NCBI GenBank assembly: GCA_951406725.2
Contig: OX597829.1
Location: 52,824,001-52,888,000 of the forward strand
Source: Octopus vulgaris
Taxonomy: Eukaryota
Length of the DNA: 64,000 bases
Direction: 5' to 3'
Shown here one piece after another: positions 24,402-37,090 of this stretch (positions are counted from its first letter, which is position 1; each line of letters opens with the position of its first letter). Under the pieces are notes generated by a model. That model saw nothing but the letters and a program-made list of their open reading frames with translations, had not been told where the DNA came from and did no database searches. The translations under genes were made by a program, and so were the position numbers.

Positions 24402-25606
24402 CCATCATCATCACCATCATCATCATCCTCATCATCATCGTCATCATCACCATCATCATCATCATTCATTTTCCATACTGGCATGGGTTAGATGGTTAGA
24501 ATGGAACTGGTAAGCCAGGGAGCTCTACCAGGCTCTAATCTGGCTTGGTTCCTACAGCTGGATGCCCTTCTTAACACCAGCCATTCCATAGAATGTACCA
24601 GATGCCTTTAACATGTCACTGGCATGGATGCCTTCAATATGTCTCCCAACACAAGTGCCCTTAATATGTCAGTGGCACAAGTGCCCTTAACGTGTCACTG
24701 GCACTAGTGCCCTTAGTATGGCACCAGCACTGGTCACTACTACTGTTTTGCTAAGTTTGACGTAGATCGCCAACAGTCTCAGTCACCTGTCATCGCGTAA
24801 TCTGAAATGTAAAATAACGACACATTAACAAGTGTCAAGCACCACCAGGTATCATCTACACTGATAAAATTGTAAAATGAGGTGGGGTTTACTTATTTTT
24901 AAGATGTCTGTCTGTATTCTGAACGATGAGAATATCGCTGATGAAAATATACCTCAGAGAATATACCAAAATAATAAATATAAATTTCAGTTCAATGATT
25001 TCATTAGAGTAATTTCTCTTGTTTGTTTGATTGTTTTTTATTTTCCTTTAATTTTGAATGCCCCCAGAGAGTGAGAGAGAGTTTTTGTCAATTAATTGCA
25101 TGAATGAGCTCAATGAATTTAATTTTTTTCTTAATTCGCTATATTACAAATCCGAATCCATGCTATATTCGTATTTTTAATAAATAAATCATTATCTTTT
25201 ACACTCAATTTACTTGAATTTTATCATAATTTCCAGTCAGTGTGTGTGCATGTGGTCCCAAATTTAGTCATGGTGTATCATCGATAATAATAGGCCCTTG
25301 TGCTTGAATATAGTATTATGTAATAATAATAATGATAATAATAATAATAATAATAACAACAACAATAACAGACAATAAGGAGAGTGCATTGTGATTTTTC
25401 AAAAGGTTGTCTGTCTTCTTTAGGTTCAAAATGTAAAATGAAAACACTTCAGAAACAAGGAAATCCTGGGTCCCCATTTTGAAAGAATGACATCACCAGT
25501 TTTCAGTCTTGTAACTGGTTAAAAGAAAGAAAAAAAGAGAGTAAAAAACAAAAGTGTAAAAAGAAAAGAAAAACAAGAAAAAAGATAAAAGGAAAAAAAA
25601 AATTAT

Positions 25607-25945
25607 TTAGCCAAACAATTTTGTGTAAATGTGATGAAATTCTTCTGTCATTTCATTCATTCCTTCAGGGCAAGATGTTTGTAATTTACAAATACATTTG
25701 TCCTCATGCATTTTGAGGGCTGAAAGTGTAGTAGATTCCAAATATTTTCTGAGAATCTGCACTTTCAGGAGTTCCTCAAAATTGCAGCCATTTGATGTAA
25801 AATGTTTGGCAAGTTCTGTCCAACTACTGTTATTGTGCCTGATGTCATATCTGTGCCCTTTGAATCTTTTCTCTAATCGTTTTGTTGTAAAACCAACATA
25901 AATCAAGTTGTGTTTGGTGCATTCTGCTGTGTGTACCAAATGGGG
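25607..25945 (-). pseudogene. Penelope-type GIY-YIG endonuclease C-terminal fragment
   Basis: VHTAECTKHNLIYVGFTTKRLEKRFKGHRYDI..TELAKHF..LKVQIL..HEDKCICKLQTSCPEGMN; no RT upstream. Confidence 0.88.
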
Positions 25946-26205
25946 AATCTTTACATGCCTGACCTTCCATACAAAATTATGACATTTCTGTTATGATTCA
26001 CAATGGAACTGACTTGACTCATGTTGTTGCAAATAAACAGGGCTTACCTCTCTAAAACTATGGCTTTAAGTCCAATATAAAATTACATCTAGTTTTTCAA
26101 AAACTACTATTGATTATTGAAAGCTTGTGGGTAACTAAAATTACAGTTAGCAACCGGCTACCCATGTAAATTTTACCAGGAATAAGAACAAACCTGAGTC
26201 AAATC

Positions 26206-26255
<50 letters not shown>

Positions 26256-27314
26256 CAATAATAATACCACAGATTTACTCAATACCACAGATTTGCTTAT
26301 CAGTAGTTTGACTTTAACCAGTTGAGCATGTCCCTTGGTGGCTGACAATATGTGCATCTCTGATCATGAGCAGAAGTAGTGGGGGAACATTATAGCCACG
26401 TGCTGAGAGGGATTCTTTGGGGATTGAATAATACACCTCTGGAAACATGAGTGTTTCCTTCATCATCCTTAAGCGCCCCTTATTCAGGGACCTTTCAAGC
26501 AGGATGGGCTACTTGACCTAAAGAAAATTCTAATTGAGCCCCACCTGCAAGATCATGCACATATGGTTGTGCACATATGGTTGTGATGCATGTGCCTGAT
26601 GTACCCTTATCAGATGGGTAGTCATGATGGGTATACTGGGCTTCGTATATTTGTACCCCAGTGTCACTTTGATGGCATGCACTGCTCTCTCACACAATAA
26701 TAATAAAGATAATGATGGACTCTTCTCCCATCAAAGGCAACATATAATCGCTCAGCTTTTGCTGAACGACCTGCACACAGGATTTGTTAATAGAGATCAA
26801 GTGTATGTGTTGTACATAAGCTCACTCTCCCCATCAAATTGATATTACCTGAACAGGTGCAAGGCATACTATATGTCAGGTGCCAAGTCGGGGTCACCAA
26901 ATGTAACAGCTTTTGACAGTAGGTTCACCAAATGTAACGGTTTTTGTATCTTTACATCAGGAAGCCAATTGTAACAGAGTGGTTACCAGAATGTAACAGA
27001 CATGATGTTAAAGAAGAGAAAGCTGATGTGAATGTCGTTGGACTTCAAGGAGTAAGGACAGTGGTTGAAGTTGTAGATAACATGTCTTTTATTTACTGTT
27101 ACTTAATATGTATTATATTATACACAGCAGGTGTGTATAATATAATCGAGATTTAATTTTTCCTTGTATGAGAGTGTATAATGTTCTAGTCATTCTAGCA
27201 ACAGGAAAGAGATAGACAGAGTGATGTTTGTTAGAAAAGGCTGTATGGCTAGGGAGAATTTCTAGGTTTGATTTTGAATCTCAGGTAGGACCAAATGAGG
27301 TCTCTCTCTACACA

Positions 27315-27500
27315 CACATAAGTGACAAAGAACTAGGAAAGATTGAAAAGTACAGTCTACTAAGAGATGAAATTACAAGAATGAGGAGAGTGTCCATTCC
27401 AGCAGTTGTAGGGACACTTGGAGCATTAACAACCAAGTTTGAGAAATATGTCAGAGTAATCAGAACTGACATGAGAGCAGAGCAAGCCCAAAAAACAAAA
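27315..27500 (+). pseudogene. R4/Dong-type non-LTR retrotransposon, restriction-like endonuclease C-terminus
   Basis: DKELGKIEKYSLLRDEITRM..VSIPAVVGTLGAL..FEKYV..AEQAQK resembles KE.EK..KY..L..EI..IP.V.GALG. Confidence 0.75.
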
Positions 27501-28329
27501 CAGCTTCTCTCTAACTATATGTATATGTTTATTTGTGTATGTGTGCACAAGCACTCACACATATACACACAACCATATGCGTATTTGTGTGAGATAATGA
27601 TAATGGTAAAAAGATGAAAGGCAAAGTCAACTTTGGTGGTATTTGAACTTAGAACATTAAGACAGATGAAACACAGCTAAGTATTTTACCTGGTGTACTA
27701 ACGATTCTGCCAGCTCGCCACCTTATTTTTAATACAATATTAATTTCTCTAAGTCAATGAGTGAGCCTCCATACGGTTGTTGAAGCTGCTAGAAATAGTA
27801 GCAAAATCTCTCTCAAATCATATTTATTGAAAGGGCATATTGGATAACATAGTCTGTGCTGTACTATGTGGGAAAAGATGAGATGGTCACAATTGGGATG
27901 CATTTGTTTATAGGTCTGCTTAGTCTTGTGAGAAAGTGACAGTCACTAAAAAAAAAAAGAAAGAAATTTTTTTATTTAGGTAGTGTCCTACTTTGAACAG
28001 CCCTCACTTTCAGAACACCCACCATCACTGCTAATTAGGTCACCTATATACTAGCACAAACTGCCAACATCTCAGGGGCCTTCATAAATTTATTTCCATG
28101 TGTTTCTTTACTGCTTACTTACTCAAATTTGCACCTGCTACACACGCAACCATTTTATCTCTCAGTCTACCTGTATTTCAATTGGATGCACAATGTAGAA
28201 TTCCTACAATTTCATTTCAACATAGAGAACATGACAACCACTTCCAATACGGTGGAACGGACCTGTTTTCTTTCCTTCTAAGTCTTGTGTCTTCAGCATT
28301 TAGATTTCTTTGTCAAATGAAAAGTTTAT

Positions 28330-28830
28330 TTCTTTAGATTGTTTTCAGAGATTTCAATGATGTGATTGTTTATTTTTAGAATGACATTGTAGGGTAGATT
28401 TGAGAGGCCAGATATGGCTGGTTTGAACATAAAACATATAAAATATTAGAGCTGGATATGACCAGTCTAAAGGTTAAAGAATTAAGCTTTACTCTGTCAA
28501 ATGACAGATTACTCTGTCAAATGACATATTATTCTGTCAAATGTTAGTTAGTTAGTTAGTTAGTTAATTTGGCTCAAAAGCAAATAGCAAGGCCATGTAG
28601 GGGGACATGGAGTTAAGTACAGGGTGGTGTTCATGTAATGTTTATTTATTCACATTGTTTTAAATTAATCCTGCATTATCTCATAGCTTTGAGATTGTGA
28701 TAATGTGATTGCTTATTTTTAGAATAATATTGTAGGGTAAGTGTGAGAGGCTGGATATGGCCAGTTTAAAGATAAAGCAGGTAGATTATTTTGGTCAGAT
28801 ATGGCTGTTTTAAATGTTAACAGGTTAAGA
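28330..28830. mobile_element. Tandem pair of a dispersed repeat ending GGTTAA (piggyBac-like MITE); related copy at about 60095-60700
   Basis: Shared TTACTCTGTCAAATG..CATTGTAGGGTA..GAGAGGC..GATATGG body; ends A(G/T)GGTTAA. Confidence 0.7.
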
Positions 28831-29106
28831 TCTGTAGATTTCTAAGCTTTTGCATTTACAATTTCAGTTTCAGTTATAGGCTTCAGACAATCAGTATAGA
28901 AATGTCAAACTATCATTAACATTTTTGTGATTTCTTGAAAAGCAATTCTAACAACAAGAGACCCGGGAAGCAAGCCTTGATGTGGACATCTTCTCACTCA
29001 CTAAACTCCTCAATGAATTCCTTAGTGACTCTCCTCTTGACCACAGCATTCTGTACATGGCTTATATGGTTCTCACAAGTCATATATCTACATCAATTTT
29101 TTGTAG

Positions 29107-29595
29107 TGTAACGGCGATTTGAAACCTAACCACTGGGTAACTTGGTTATGTATTACCGCTAAACCACAAGTGTTATGTGATTGGTCTGTTAAGCAGCCAA
29201 TCAGCATCAAGCCATTGTGTGATTCAGTCTTCTAGATTATTCTTCTTGTATCCCATATAAAACTGCTTTTGGTGCCAACACTCTTTGCAGAGTACCAAAA
29301 GCAGCCAATTCAACAACACATCTCACCTTTTGCTATGCAGAAAGTTGAGGTAGCTGTGTAAAATGTGGCTCCATTCTTGCCAGATCAGACGGTTCCAGAT
29401 ATTTCCGCAGACATTTCCACGTTCTTAGGACAGTCTCAACTAAACATTCACACAAAGTCTCGTAACTTCTTCAAATACAATGCAGTTCTTCCTTCTCTCC
29501 CATTATGGAATTATTACTGCTGTCATTTGTAAAAGACCAGTGTGTATGCCTCAAAGTGCAATAATAAAATCTTTCATTAAACGTTGGGGTTACCA
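29107..29595 (+). mobile_element. Probable solo LTR
   Basis: TGTAAC...GTTACCA termini; CCAAT (~29197), TATAAAA (~29257) and AATAAA (~29564) in LTR order; no clear TSD. Confidence 0.5.
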
Positions 29596-29628
29596 GACAA
29601 CAAACACTCCTTCGACATTAGTAACCAC

Positions 29629-30015
29629 CAAAGGTAGATACTGTTAATCAAAAAGTTAATTTCATTAATTGTTAATCCATTAACTAAAGAGTTAACTTCA
29701 ATAACTGTCAATCAGTTGATTTTTTTAAAAATGTAAAGGAAGTTATCGATAAACCATTAACATTAATTTTCATTATAGAAACAAACAAAAAAACAGTTTT
29801 TGCTCTAAAACCACCTAAAACACCTTTAAAAAAATGCCAAAACTATTAAATTTGTTAACTTCAATTCAAGTTGACTTGAGTTATCAGAAGTTAAATACAG
29901 AAGTTAATTAGTCTGATAATGATTTCCAAAGTTAACTTAAAAGTTAAATCGTTAACGAAAATGTTAACTTCATTAATTAATGATAAATGGATTAACGGTT
30001 TGGTGCCCAGGTTTG
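29629..30015. mobile_element. hAT-like MITE with GTTAAC-rich subterminal repeats
   Basis: CAAAGGT...GGTTTG termini; 8 bp TSD GTAACCAC / GCAACCAC. Confidence 0.7.
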
Positions 30016-30519
30016 GCAACCACCAATCTACAAATCATGGTACCTTTACAAAAAACTCTTCCAGATCATTAAACCTGTAGGTAGAGCGGTTTGGTCTTTG
30101 CTAAAATGTTCTGTAGCAAACCTGATGAGGGAGAAGTCATCAATGGTAACCTGTCCTGGTACAAACTTGAACTGCATCTCCTCGTAGGAGCGAATTCTCT
30201 TCTTAATTAGTAATGATATATGACTCTTTCTATTACTTCCATAACTCGGTCCATCAAATGGTACCTCCTTAGTTTCTTCATTTTAGAATCTCCTCCTCCT
30301 CCTCCATGTGCCCATGTAGCATTTGAGGATGGTATGTTACATCAGAGATTGGGTATGATCCTTTCCTTATACCATCTGATTGACTATGTGAACTATGAGC
30401 ACATGACCTACTTCCCCAGACATTTCCATCATCCTGGATACCGTCTCTGAAGAACCAGCAACTTTCTCTGTCTTCGTAACCTTGATTTACTTTTCCAAAA
30501 CAAATCAGATGTCAGAAAG

Positions 30520-30930
30520 CAGAACCAAAATCGAAGTCGATCAACATCAATGGAAATTACAGCTGTGGTTAAGCGAACCACCCGATCGTGGCCATTGCCA
30601 GAGACTGGCCTCCGTGCCAGTGACATGTAAAAGCACCATCCATTCGTGTCCATTGCCAGCCTCGCCTGGCCCCCGTGCCGGTGGCACGTAAAAAGCACCA
30701 TCCGTCCATGGCCGTCTGCCAGCTCCGTCTGGCACCTGTGCAGGTGGCACGTAAAAAGCACCCACTACACTCACGGAGTGGTTGGCATTAGGAAGGGCAT
30801 CCAGCTGTAGAAACACTGCCAGATCAGACTGGGCCTGATGCAGCCTTCTGGCTTCACAGACCCCAGTTGAACCATCCAACCCATGCTAGCATGGAAAGCG
30901 GACGCTAAATGATGATGATGATGATGATGA
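30520..30930 (+). mobile_element. RTE LINE 3' tail (family D)
   Basis: Repeated GGTGGCACGTAAAAAGCACC units, GGAAAGCGGACG..(GAT)n end. Confidence 0.88.
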
Positions 30931-31239
30931 ACTATCAATTTCAATGGCTGTTCAACCTAGTTGGGTCTTCAAAAGATAGCCACCAGAACAATGCCCCCCC
31001 CCTCTCTCTCTCATATGTGATAGCATTTTTCTTCTTTTCCACATCAGTGTGAACAAATGAACACCTATCATTTTGCACACATTTTGCCCCAGTGACAGCC
31101 TGATTCACATGAACACACTTCTTTGCAATCCAGAACACTTGTGACCTTCACATCACAGAACATTGGAAAGCTCCTTACAATCAACTTCTCTTCCTTGTTA
31201 AATATACATGATATATAACATCTCTTCTACTCAAGCTTA

Positions 31240-31870
31240 CGATCGTGAGGTTGTGAGTTCAATTCTCGGACTGGTCTGTGTGTTGTGTTCTTGAGCAAGA
31301 CACTTTATTTCACGTTGCTCCAGTTCACTCAGCTGTAGAAATGAGTTGTGACATCACTGGTACCAAGCTGTATCGGCCCCTTTGCCTTTCCCTTTGATAA
31401 CATTAGTGGTGTCGAGAGAGGAGGCTGGTATGCATGGGTGACTGCTGGTCTTCCATAAACAATTTTGCCCAGACTTCTGCCTCGGAGGGTAACTTTCTAG
31501 GTGCAATCCCATGGTCATTCATGACTGACGGTGGTCTCCTCCTCCTCCTCCTCCTCCTTATTTGATGTTGTCCCTTTCTTGCATCCCTTCCAGAAGGTGT
31601 GTGGCTTAGTGGTTAGGTTATTTTGCTCACAATCCTAAGGTTGTAAGTTTGATTCCCAGTGGTCCTTGAGCAAGACACTTTATTTCACTTTATTGCTCCA
31701 GTCCACTCAGCAGGCAAAAATGAGTTGCAACGGTATTTCAAAGGGGCCAGCCTTGTCACATTCTGTGTGTCATGTTGAATCTTCCTGAGAGCCACATGTT
31801 ACGCATATTATTAATTTCATGAGTAAGCTGTTCTGTTCATTGGATCAACTGGAACCTTTGTTGTTTCAAC
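31240..31870 (+). mobile_element. Two tRNA-head SINE family C copies (CORE-like)
   Basis: TGGCTTAGTGG A box, GTTCAATTC/GTTTGATTC B box, TTGAGCAAGACACTTTATTTCAC segment. Confidence 0.8.
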
Positions 31871-31899
31871 CCATGCAAGCGTGGAAAACAGATGTTAAA

Positions 31900-31962
31900 T
31901 GATGATGATGATGACGATGATGATGATGACGACGACAATGATGGTGATGGTGATGGTGATGG

Positions 31963-32003
<41 letters not shown>

Positions 32004-32004
32004 T

Positions 32005-32057
<53 letters not shown>

Positions 32058-32070
32058 GTGATGATGGTGG

Positions 32071-32105
<35 letters not shown>

Positions 32106-32240
32106 GTGACGATGATGACGACAATGATGGTGATAATGATGATGACGATGATGATGATGATGGTGATGATGATGATGATGACGATGATGATGACGACGAC
32201 AACGACAACGATGATGTTGATGGTGATGGCGATGATGATG
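31900..32240. repeat. (GAT)n microsatellite expanded from an RTE tail
   Basis: Follows CCCATGCAAGCGTGGAAAACAGATGTTAAAT, the family D terminus. Confidence 0.92.
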
Positions 32241-32731
32241 CCTTCTTTCATGGTCCTATAGCTTCTAAAATTCCACCACAGTGGTACTTTCTGTACTTCC
32301 TGTCAGACTGGCACTTTGCTCCATCCATACATCTGCTTTTGTGACTCATTGCATGCTGTCATTTATATCACAAACCCATTTCTCTTATTTCCTCATTTCT
32401 GTCACACACACATTCACACACATTCACACAGTACTTATAAATGGCAGAAAGATCTTTTGGCCTCTACATTCTTCTTTCTCCAGAATTTTTCTTCTTCAAT
32501 AGATTATACAATGAAATACAAGTCACCAAACATAAAAGTTGCCAATAACAACAAAAGGTGGGCGCTTGTTATTTACTCATCTTTATATATAAAGTATACC
32601 AGGGAAACTAACAACAGGGCCCCCGGTGAATACTCAGCATATCATTGTGTGTGTGTGTGTGTGTGCATGCATGTCTTTGAATACATACATATACACATAT
32701 ACATGTATAAACATGTGTAATATATATTATG

Positions 32732-32784
<53 letters not shown>

Positions 32785-32786
<2 letters not shown>

Positions 32787-33327
32787 ATCTTTTCGATTTG
32801 AACGGCAGCTTTTTAAAATAATTTCTAGGAAACTAAAAAATTTTTAACTTCGTATACTGGTAGAATGTGTTTATAAAACATCATTTTCTCTTGGCTTTCT
32901 TGAGAAAATTCTGTAGTTTGTAACATATTTCGTCTTTAATTTCTTGCATTTCGGCAATTTCAACCAATCAATGACCGTCTATTGAGGTGAAAGCATTTTG
33001 TGCCGCATGAATATGTCCCTCGTTTAAGAAACAGATTGGGTTTATTTACATTTGTGAAGAAAAAAGGATACCCTTCCCCGACCCCTAACCCTAAATCTAA
33101 AATAGATTGAAATGCAATAGATCGATACTAGGGTCATAATTATGGGTGACATTTTCATTTGACTCCGCTAGAAAAAACTGCCATTTTCTCTAGCGGTGTC
33201 ATATGAAATTGTCACCCATAATTAAGAGAAAATGATGTTTTATAAACACATTCTACCAGTATACAAAGTTTAAAATTTTTAGTTACCTAGAAATTATGTT
33301 AAAAACTGCTGTTCAAACTGAAAAGAT

Positions 33328-33329
<2 letters not shown>
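32785..33329. mobile_element. MITE with about 105 bp TIRs inserted in (AT)n; deleted copy at 53646-53858
   Basis: GGATCTTTTCG..GAACGGCAG..ATACTGGTAGAATGTGTTTATAAAACATCATTTTCTCTT mirrored at the right end; internal hairpin 33137-33223. Confidence 0.9.
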
Positions 33330-33374
<45 letters not shown>

Positions 33375-33379
33375 AATAA

Positions 33380-33790
33380 TTCTTTTATTCTTTTACTTGT
33401 TTCAGTCATTTGACTGAGGCCATGCTGAAGCACTGCCTTTAGTCGAGTAAATTGACTTATTCTTTGTAAGCCTAGTACTTATTATATTGGTCTCTTTTGC
33501 CGAACCACTAAGTTACAGGAATGTAAACACACTAGCTTCGGTTGTTAAGCAATGTTGGGCAGACAAATACAGACACACAAACATATACATGGACATACAC
33601 ACACAAACACACACACACGCACATATATATGACGGGCTTCCACCCAATTTCTATCTGCCAAATTCAAAAAGTAGTCGGCTCAAGACTATAGCAGAAGAAA
33701 CTTACCTGAGGTACCATGTAGTAGGACTGAACCCCAAACCTCATGGTTACAAAGTAAACCTCTTTAGCCACACATCTATGCCTGCACTTA
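33380..33790 (-). mobile_element. SINE family A, diverged
   Basis: Reverse complement of family A. Confidence 0.85.
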
Positions 33791-33987
33791 TTAATAAATC
33801 TTTGAAAATAAATTTTTTTTTAAATTTTATTTTTGAGGATAATAATGATATTAATTAGTAATCATTTGGAATGACTAACAGAATTCATTAAGGTTTTGAG
33901 TGATTGTCATCTCTTTGTTTAGAGAATTAAACCAGCTATGACATGGAAGTCATCATCACCATCACTACCACCACCACCACCACCACC

Positions 33988-34021
<34 letters not shown>

Positions 34022-34044
34022 TCATCATCGTCATTATCATTATT

Positions 34045-34410
34045 AAGGTGGCAAGCTCGGAGAATAGTTAGCAATGCCGAGCAAAATGCTTAAGCTGGTA
34101 TTTTGCCTGTCTTTACATTCTGAGTTCAAATTCCGCCGAGGTTGACTTTACCTATCATCCTTTCAGGGTCCATAAATTAAGTACCAGTGAAACACTGGGG
34201 TCGATGTAATCGACTAGTTTCCCTCCTACCAAGTTCCAGGCCTTGTGCCTGGAGTAGAAAGGATTATTAATACTCTGAGTTCAAATTCCGCTCAAGTCAA
34301 CTTTGCTTTCCGCCCTTTCAAGGTCGATGAATCAAGTAGCAGTCGAGTTCTGGGGTCAACATGATCAACTAGCCCCTTCCCCCAAAATTTCAGGCCTTGT
34401 GCCTATAATA
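34045..34410 (+). mobile_element. Two SINE family B copies
   Basis: Family B core twice. Confidence 0.85.
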
Positions 34411-34882
34411 CAGTGGTTCTAAATCAGGGTCCAAATTACCTTTTGGGATCCACATAAGATTTTGTCGTTAAAATTTTATCTACAATAAATTGGTTATACT
34501 GCTACAAAACACAAAATATTTAAATTTATCTTCGATCTATTCCATTTCAGTCACAGATTTTTTAATTAATTTTTTTTTTTAACTAAACTGTTTGAAACTT
34601 CGAATACTGGTAGAATTTTTCGTATAGAACACAGTTTACTCTGAATGTTTTTGACAAAATTTCGTTCCTTTATTTTTTAATTTAATCCCTAATGATATTT
34701 AATTATGAAAATATAATATTACGTTTATATATTTTATTGGCTAAACTGGCAAAATGACCATTCCGAAATACAACAATGAAAATATAATAGTATTTTTTAA
34801 AACATTAAACAGCTTTGAGGGTCCATCTGAGTAAAACAAAAATCAAAGGATTCATAGGCAGGAAAATTGTTAAGAAATAGTG
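34411..34882. mobile_element. Decayed hAT-like MITE
   Basis: CAGTGGTTCTAAA left end, degenerate GTTAAGAAATAGTG right end, GGGTCC subterminal motifs. Confidence 0.45.
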
Positions 34883-35133
34883 CCACAGCAGAAAGGATTA
34901 TTATTATTATTACTAATATTATAGTTGTTGTTGTTGTTGTTGTTATACCAGAGTTCATGGAGGGAGATTTTTTTTAAAATTCTCGATGAAGTTTCCAGAT
35001 GTTTCTGTTTCCAGGTGCAACAAGTCAAGCATAAAACAGCTTTATGAGGATTCTGTTTGGTCTTGACTCTGGTATTGTTTGACTTCTCTGTCTCTCTCTC
35101 TCCCTCTCCTTCCCTCTCTCCTCCCTTTCCCCC

Positions 35134-35165
<32 letters not shown>

Positions 35166-35861
35166 TACATATCTACATTTATGCTTACATACTCACATTC
35201 ACATGCATGCACACACGCAAACATACACACACACACACACTCACACACAACTGTCAAACATGAAGGGACATGTCTAAGAAAATTATCTTTCGTTAGAGAC
35301 CTATCTCTTTCTTTTCTTTTTTTTTTTTCACAATTTACTAAAGACTTTGTTTTGTTTATGATTTTATTTGTTACATTTAAAAAAAAAAATTCTTTTCACT
35401 TACAGGAAATGAAAATACTATATTCTATCAAATGATTTTTTTTTTGTTGTTTATTTCTTTGATTTAGATAATGAAAGGGACAAACATGAAAATGAATAAA
35501 TAAACATTGTCGGATTATAAAATTCCATTGTTTGTTTTATTCCTGGCCAATCCCTGACACTTTTCATAACAAACCACTTCAAACATGTCAGCCACCTGCC
35601 TTTGGCTTTCAGAGCTTCGCTTTCCACCTTTCATCCTTCGAAATGCTTGTTGTGGGTTGTAATTACATTGCTCTTTTTTTTTCCACATTGTTTGAAGTTC
35701 AAATCCTGCAAAAAGTTAATATTTATCTTTCATCTTTATAGGACTGATAAAAATCACCTCAGTCACTACCACCACCGCCACTACCATAATCATTATCATC
35801 ATTTAAAGTCCGGTTTCCATGCTGGCATGGGTAGGATGGTTTGATGGGATCCAGCAAGCTG

Positions 35862-36006
35862 TAATAATAATAATAATAATAATAAAACATTGTGTACAGT
35901 GCTCAGGTGCACTACAACTCATCTAAAGTGTATGTATAATCAGGTGTAGTTTCGGCAGATTTTGGAAAGCATGAGGGCCTTAAAGGATGCAGTGTCATGG
36001 CAGTCG
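35862..36006 (-). mobile_element. CR1/L2-like LINE 3' end with (TTA)n tail
   Basis: Minus strand reads DCHDTASFKALML..* then a short UTR and (TTA)n. Confidence 0.5.
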
Positions 36007-36676
36007 GCTGCATCAAACTCTGTTGTCAGATTTGGCATTGTCTCTATGATCGGATACTCTTCCGAGCACCAACCTCTTTACAGTCAGTGTGTGCTGGGTG
36101 CCTCGTTTCATGCTACGGACACTCAGAGGTAACCAAGTAACTTTCATAACAGAAATAGAAGAGGATGAAGGAAAAAGCCTCTTTGATTAAGCAGAGGTAG
36201 TATTTGAGACTCTGCTGAGTGGTGAGAGGTTAAAGTATGTGAGAGGAGAGATGTCTTGCTATTAAGGAAACACATGGCTAACCCTCGCTGTATAAGGGGT
36301 TGTATAATGCATAAGGAAATATGGTGTCCTTACCAGCAATTAATATATATGTACAAGTTGTCATAAATGTGTTTAATATTTAACATTGGTCTATCCAATT
36401 GCAGTTCACAGCCAGTTGCTGTTTAAGGTGGTGAGCTGGCAGAATCATTAGCAAACTGGAAGAAATGCTTTGCAGTATTTTGCCCATCACTCTGTCCTGA
36501 GTTCAAAATCTGCTGAGGTCGACTTTGCCTTTCATCCTTTCAGGGTTGATAAATTAAGTACCAGTTGCATACTGGGGGTGGTCTAATCAACTGGCCCTCT
36601 CCCCCAAAATTTCAGGCTTTGCGCCTATAGTAGAAAGGATTTAAGCAGTGAGTTTGTCGATGGTTAATGGTTAATG

Positions 36677-36730
36677 GATGTGGTGCTGAAGAAGGAGCAA
36701 AGCCTTCTGAAATATGCATATACACCCATC
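36677..36730 (+). ncRNA. Type-I hammerhead ribozyme with intact core
   Basis: GAUG-U-GGUG-CUGAAGA-AGGAG-CAAAGC-CUUCU-GAAA-UAUGCAUA-UA-CACC-CAUC: 8 bp stem I, 5 bp stem II, palindromic stem III. Confidence 0.75.
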
Positions 36731-36747
36731 ACCTATTTTCACTGTGT

Positions 36748-37090
36748 GGAGGCGCAATGGCCCAGTGGTTAGGGCAGTGGACTTGCTGTCATAAAATCAC
36801 GGTTTCGATTCCCAGACCGGGCGTTGTGAGTGTTTATTGAGCGTAAACACCTAAAGCTCCACGAGGCTCCAGCAGGGGATGGTGGTGAGCCCTGCTGTAC
36901 TCTTTCACCACAACTTTCTCTCACTCTTTCTTCCTGTTTCTCTTGTACCAGTGTCATGTTGAATATCCCAGAGAACTACGTTAAGGGTACACGTCTGTGG
37001 AATGCTCAGCCACTTGCATGTTAATTTCATGAGCAGGCTGTTCCATTGATCGGATCAACTGGAACATTTGTCATCATAAACAACAGAATG
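36748..37090 (+). mobile_element. tRNA-head SINE (family C variant, chimeric body)
   Basis: GGAGGCGCAATGGCCCAGTGGTTAGGG A box, GGTTTCGATTCCC B box; 3' part shared with 31770-31870 and 63790-63930. Confidence 0.85.

Noticed and set aside
28254-28302. Other CUGANGA hits (28296 minus, 10272, 24939, 30122, 30448, 63510)
   Set aside because: No paired stem II or correctly placed GAAA; expected by chance
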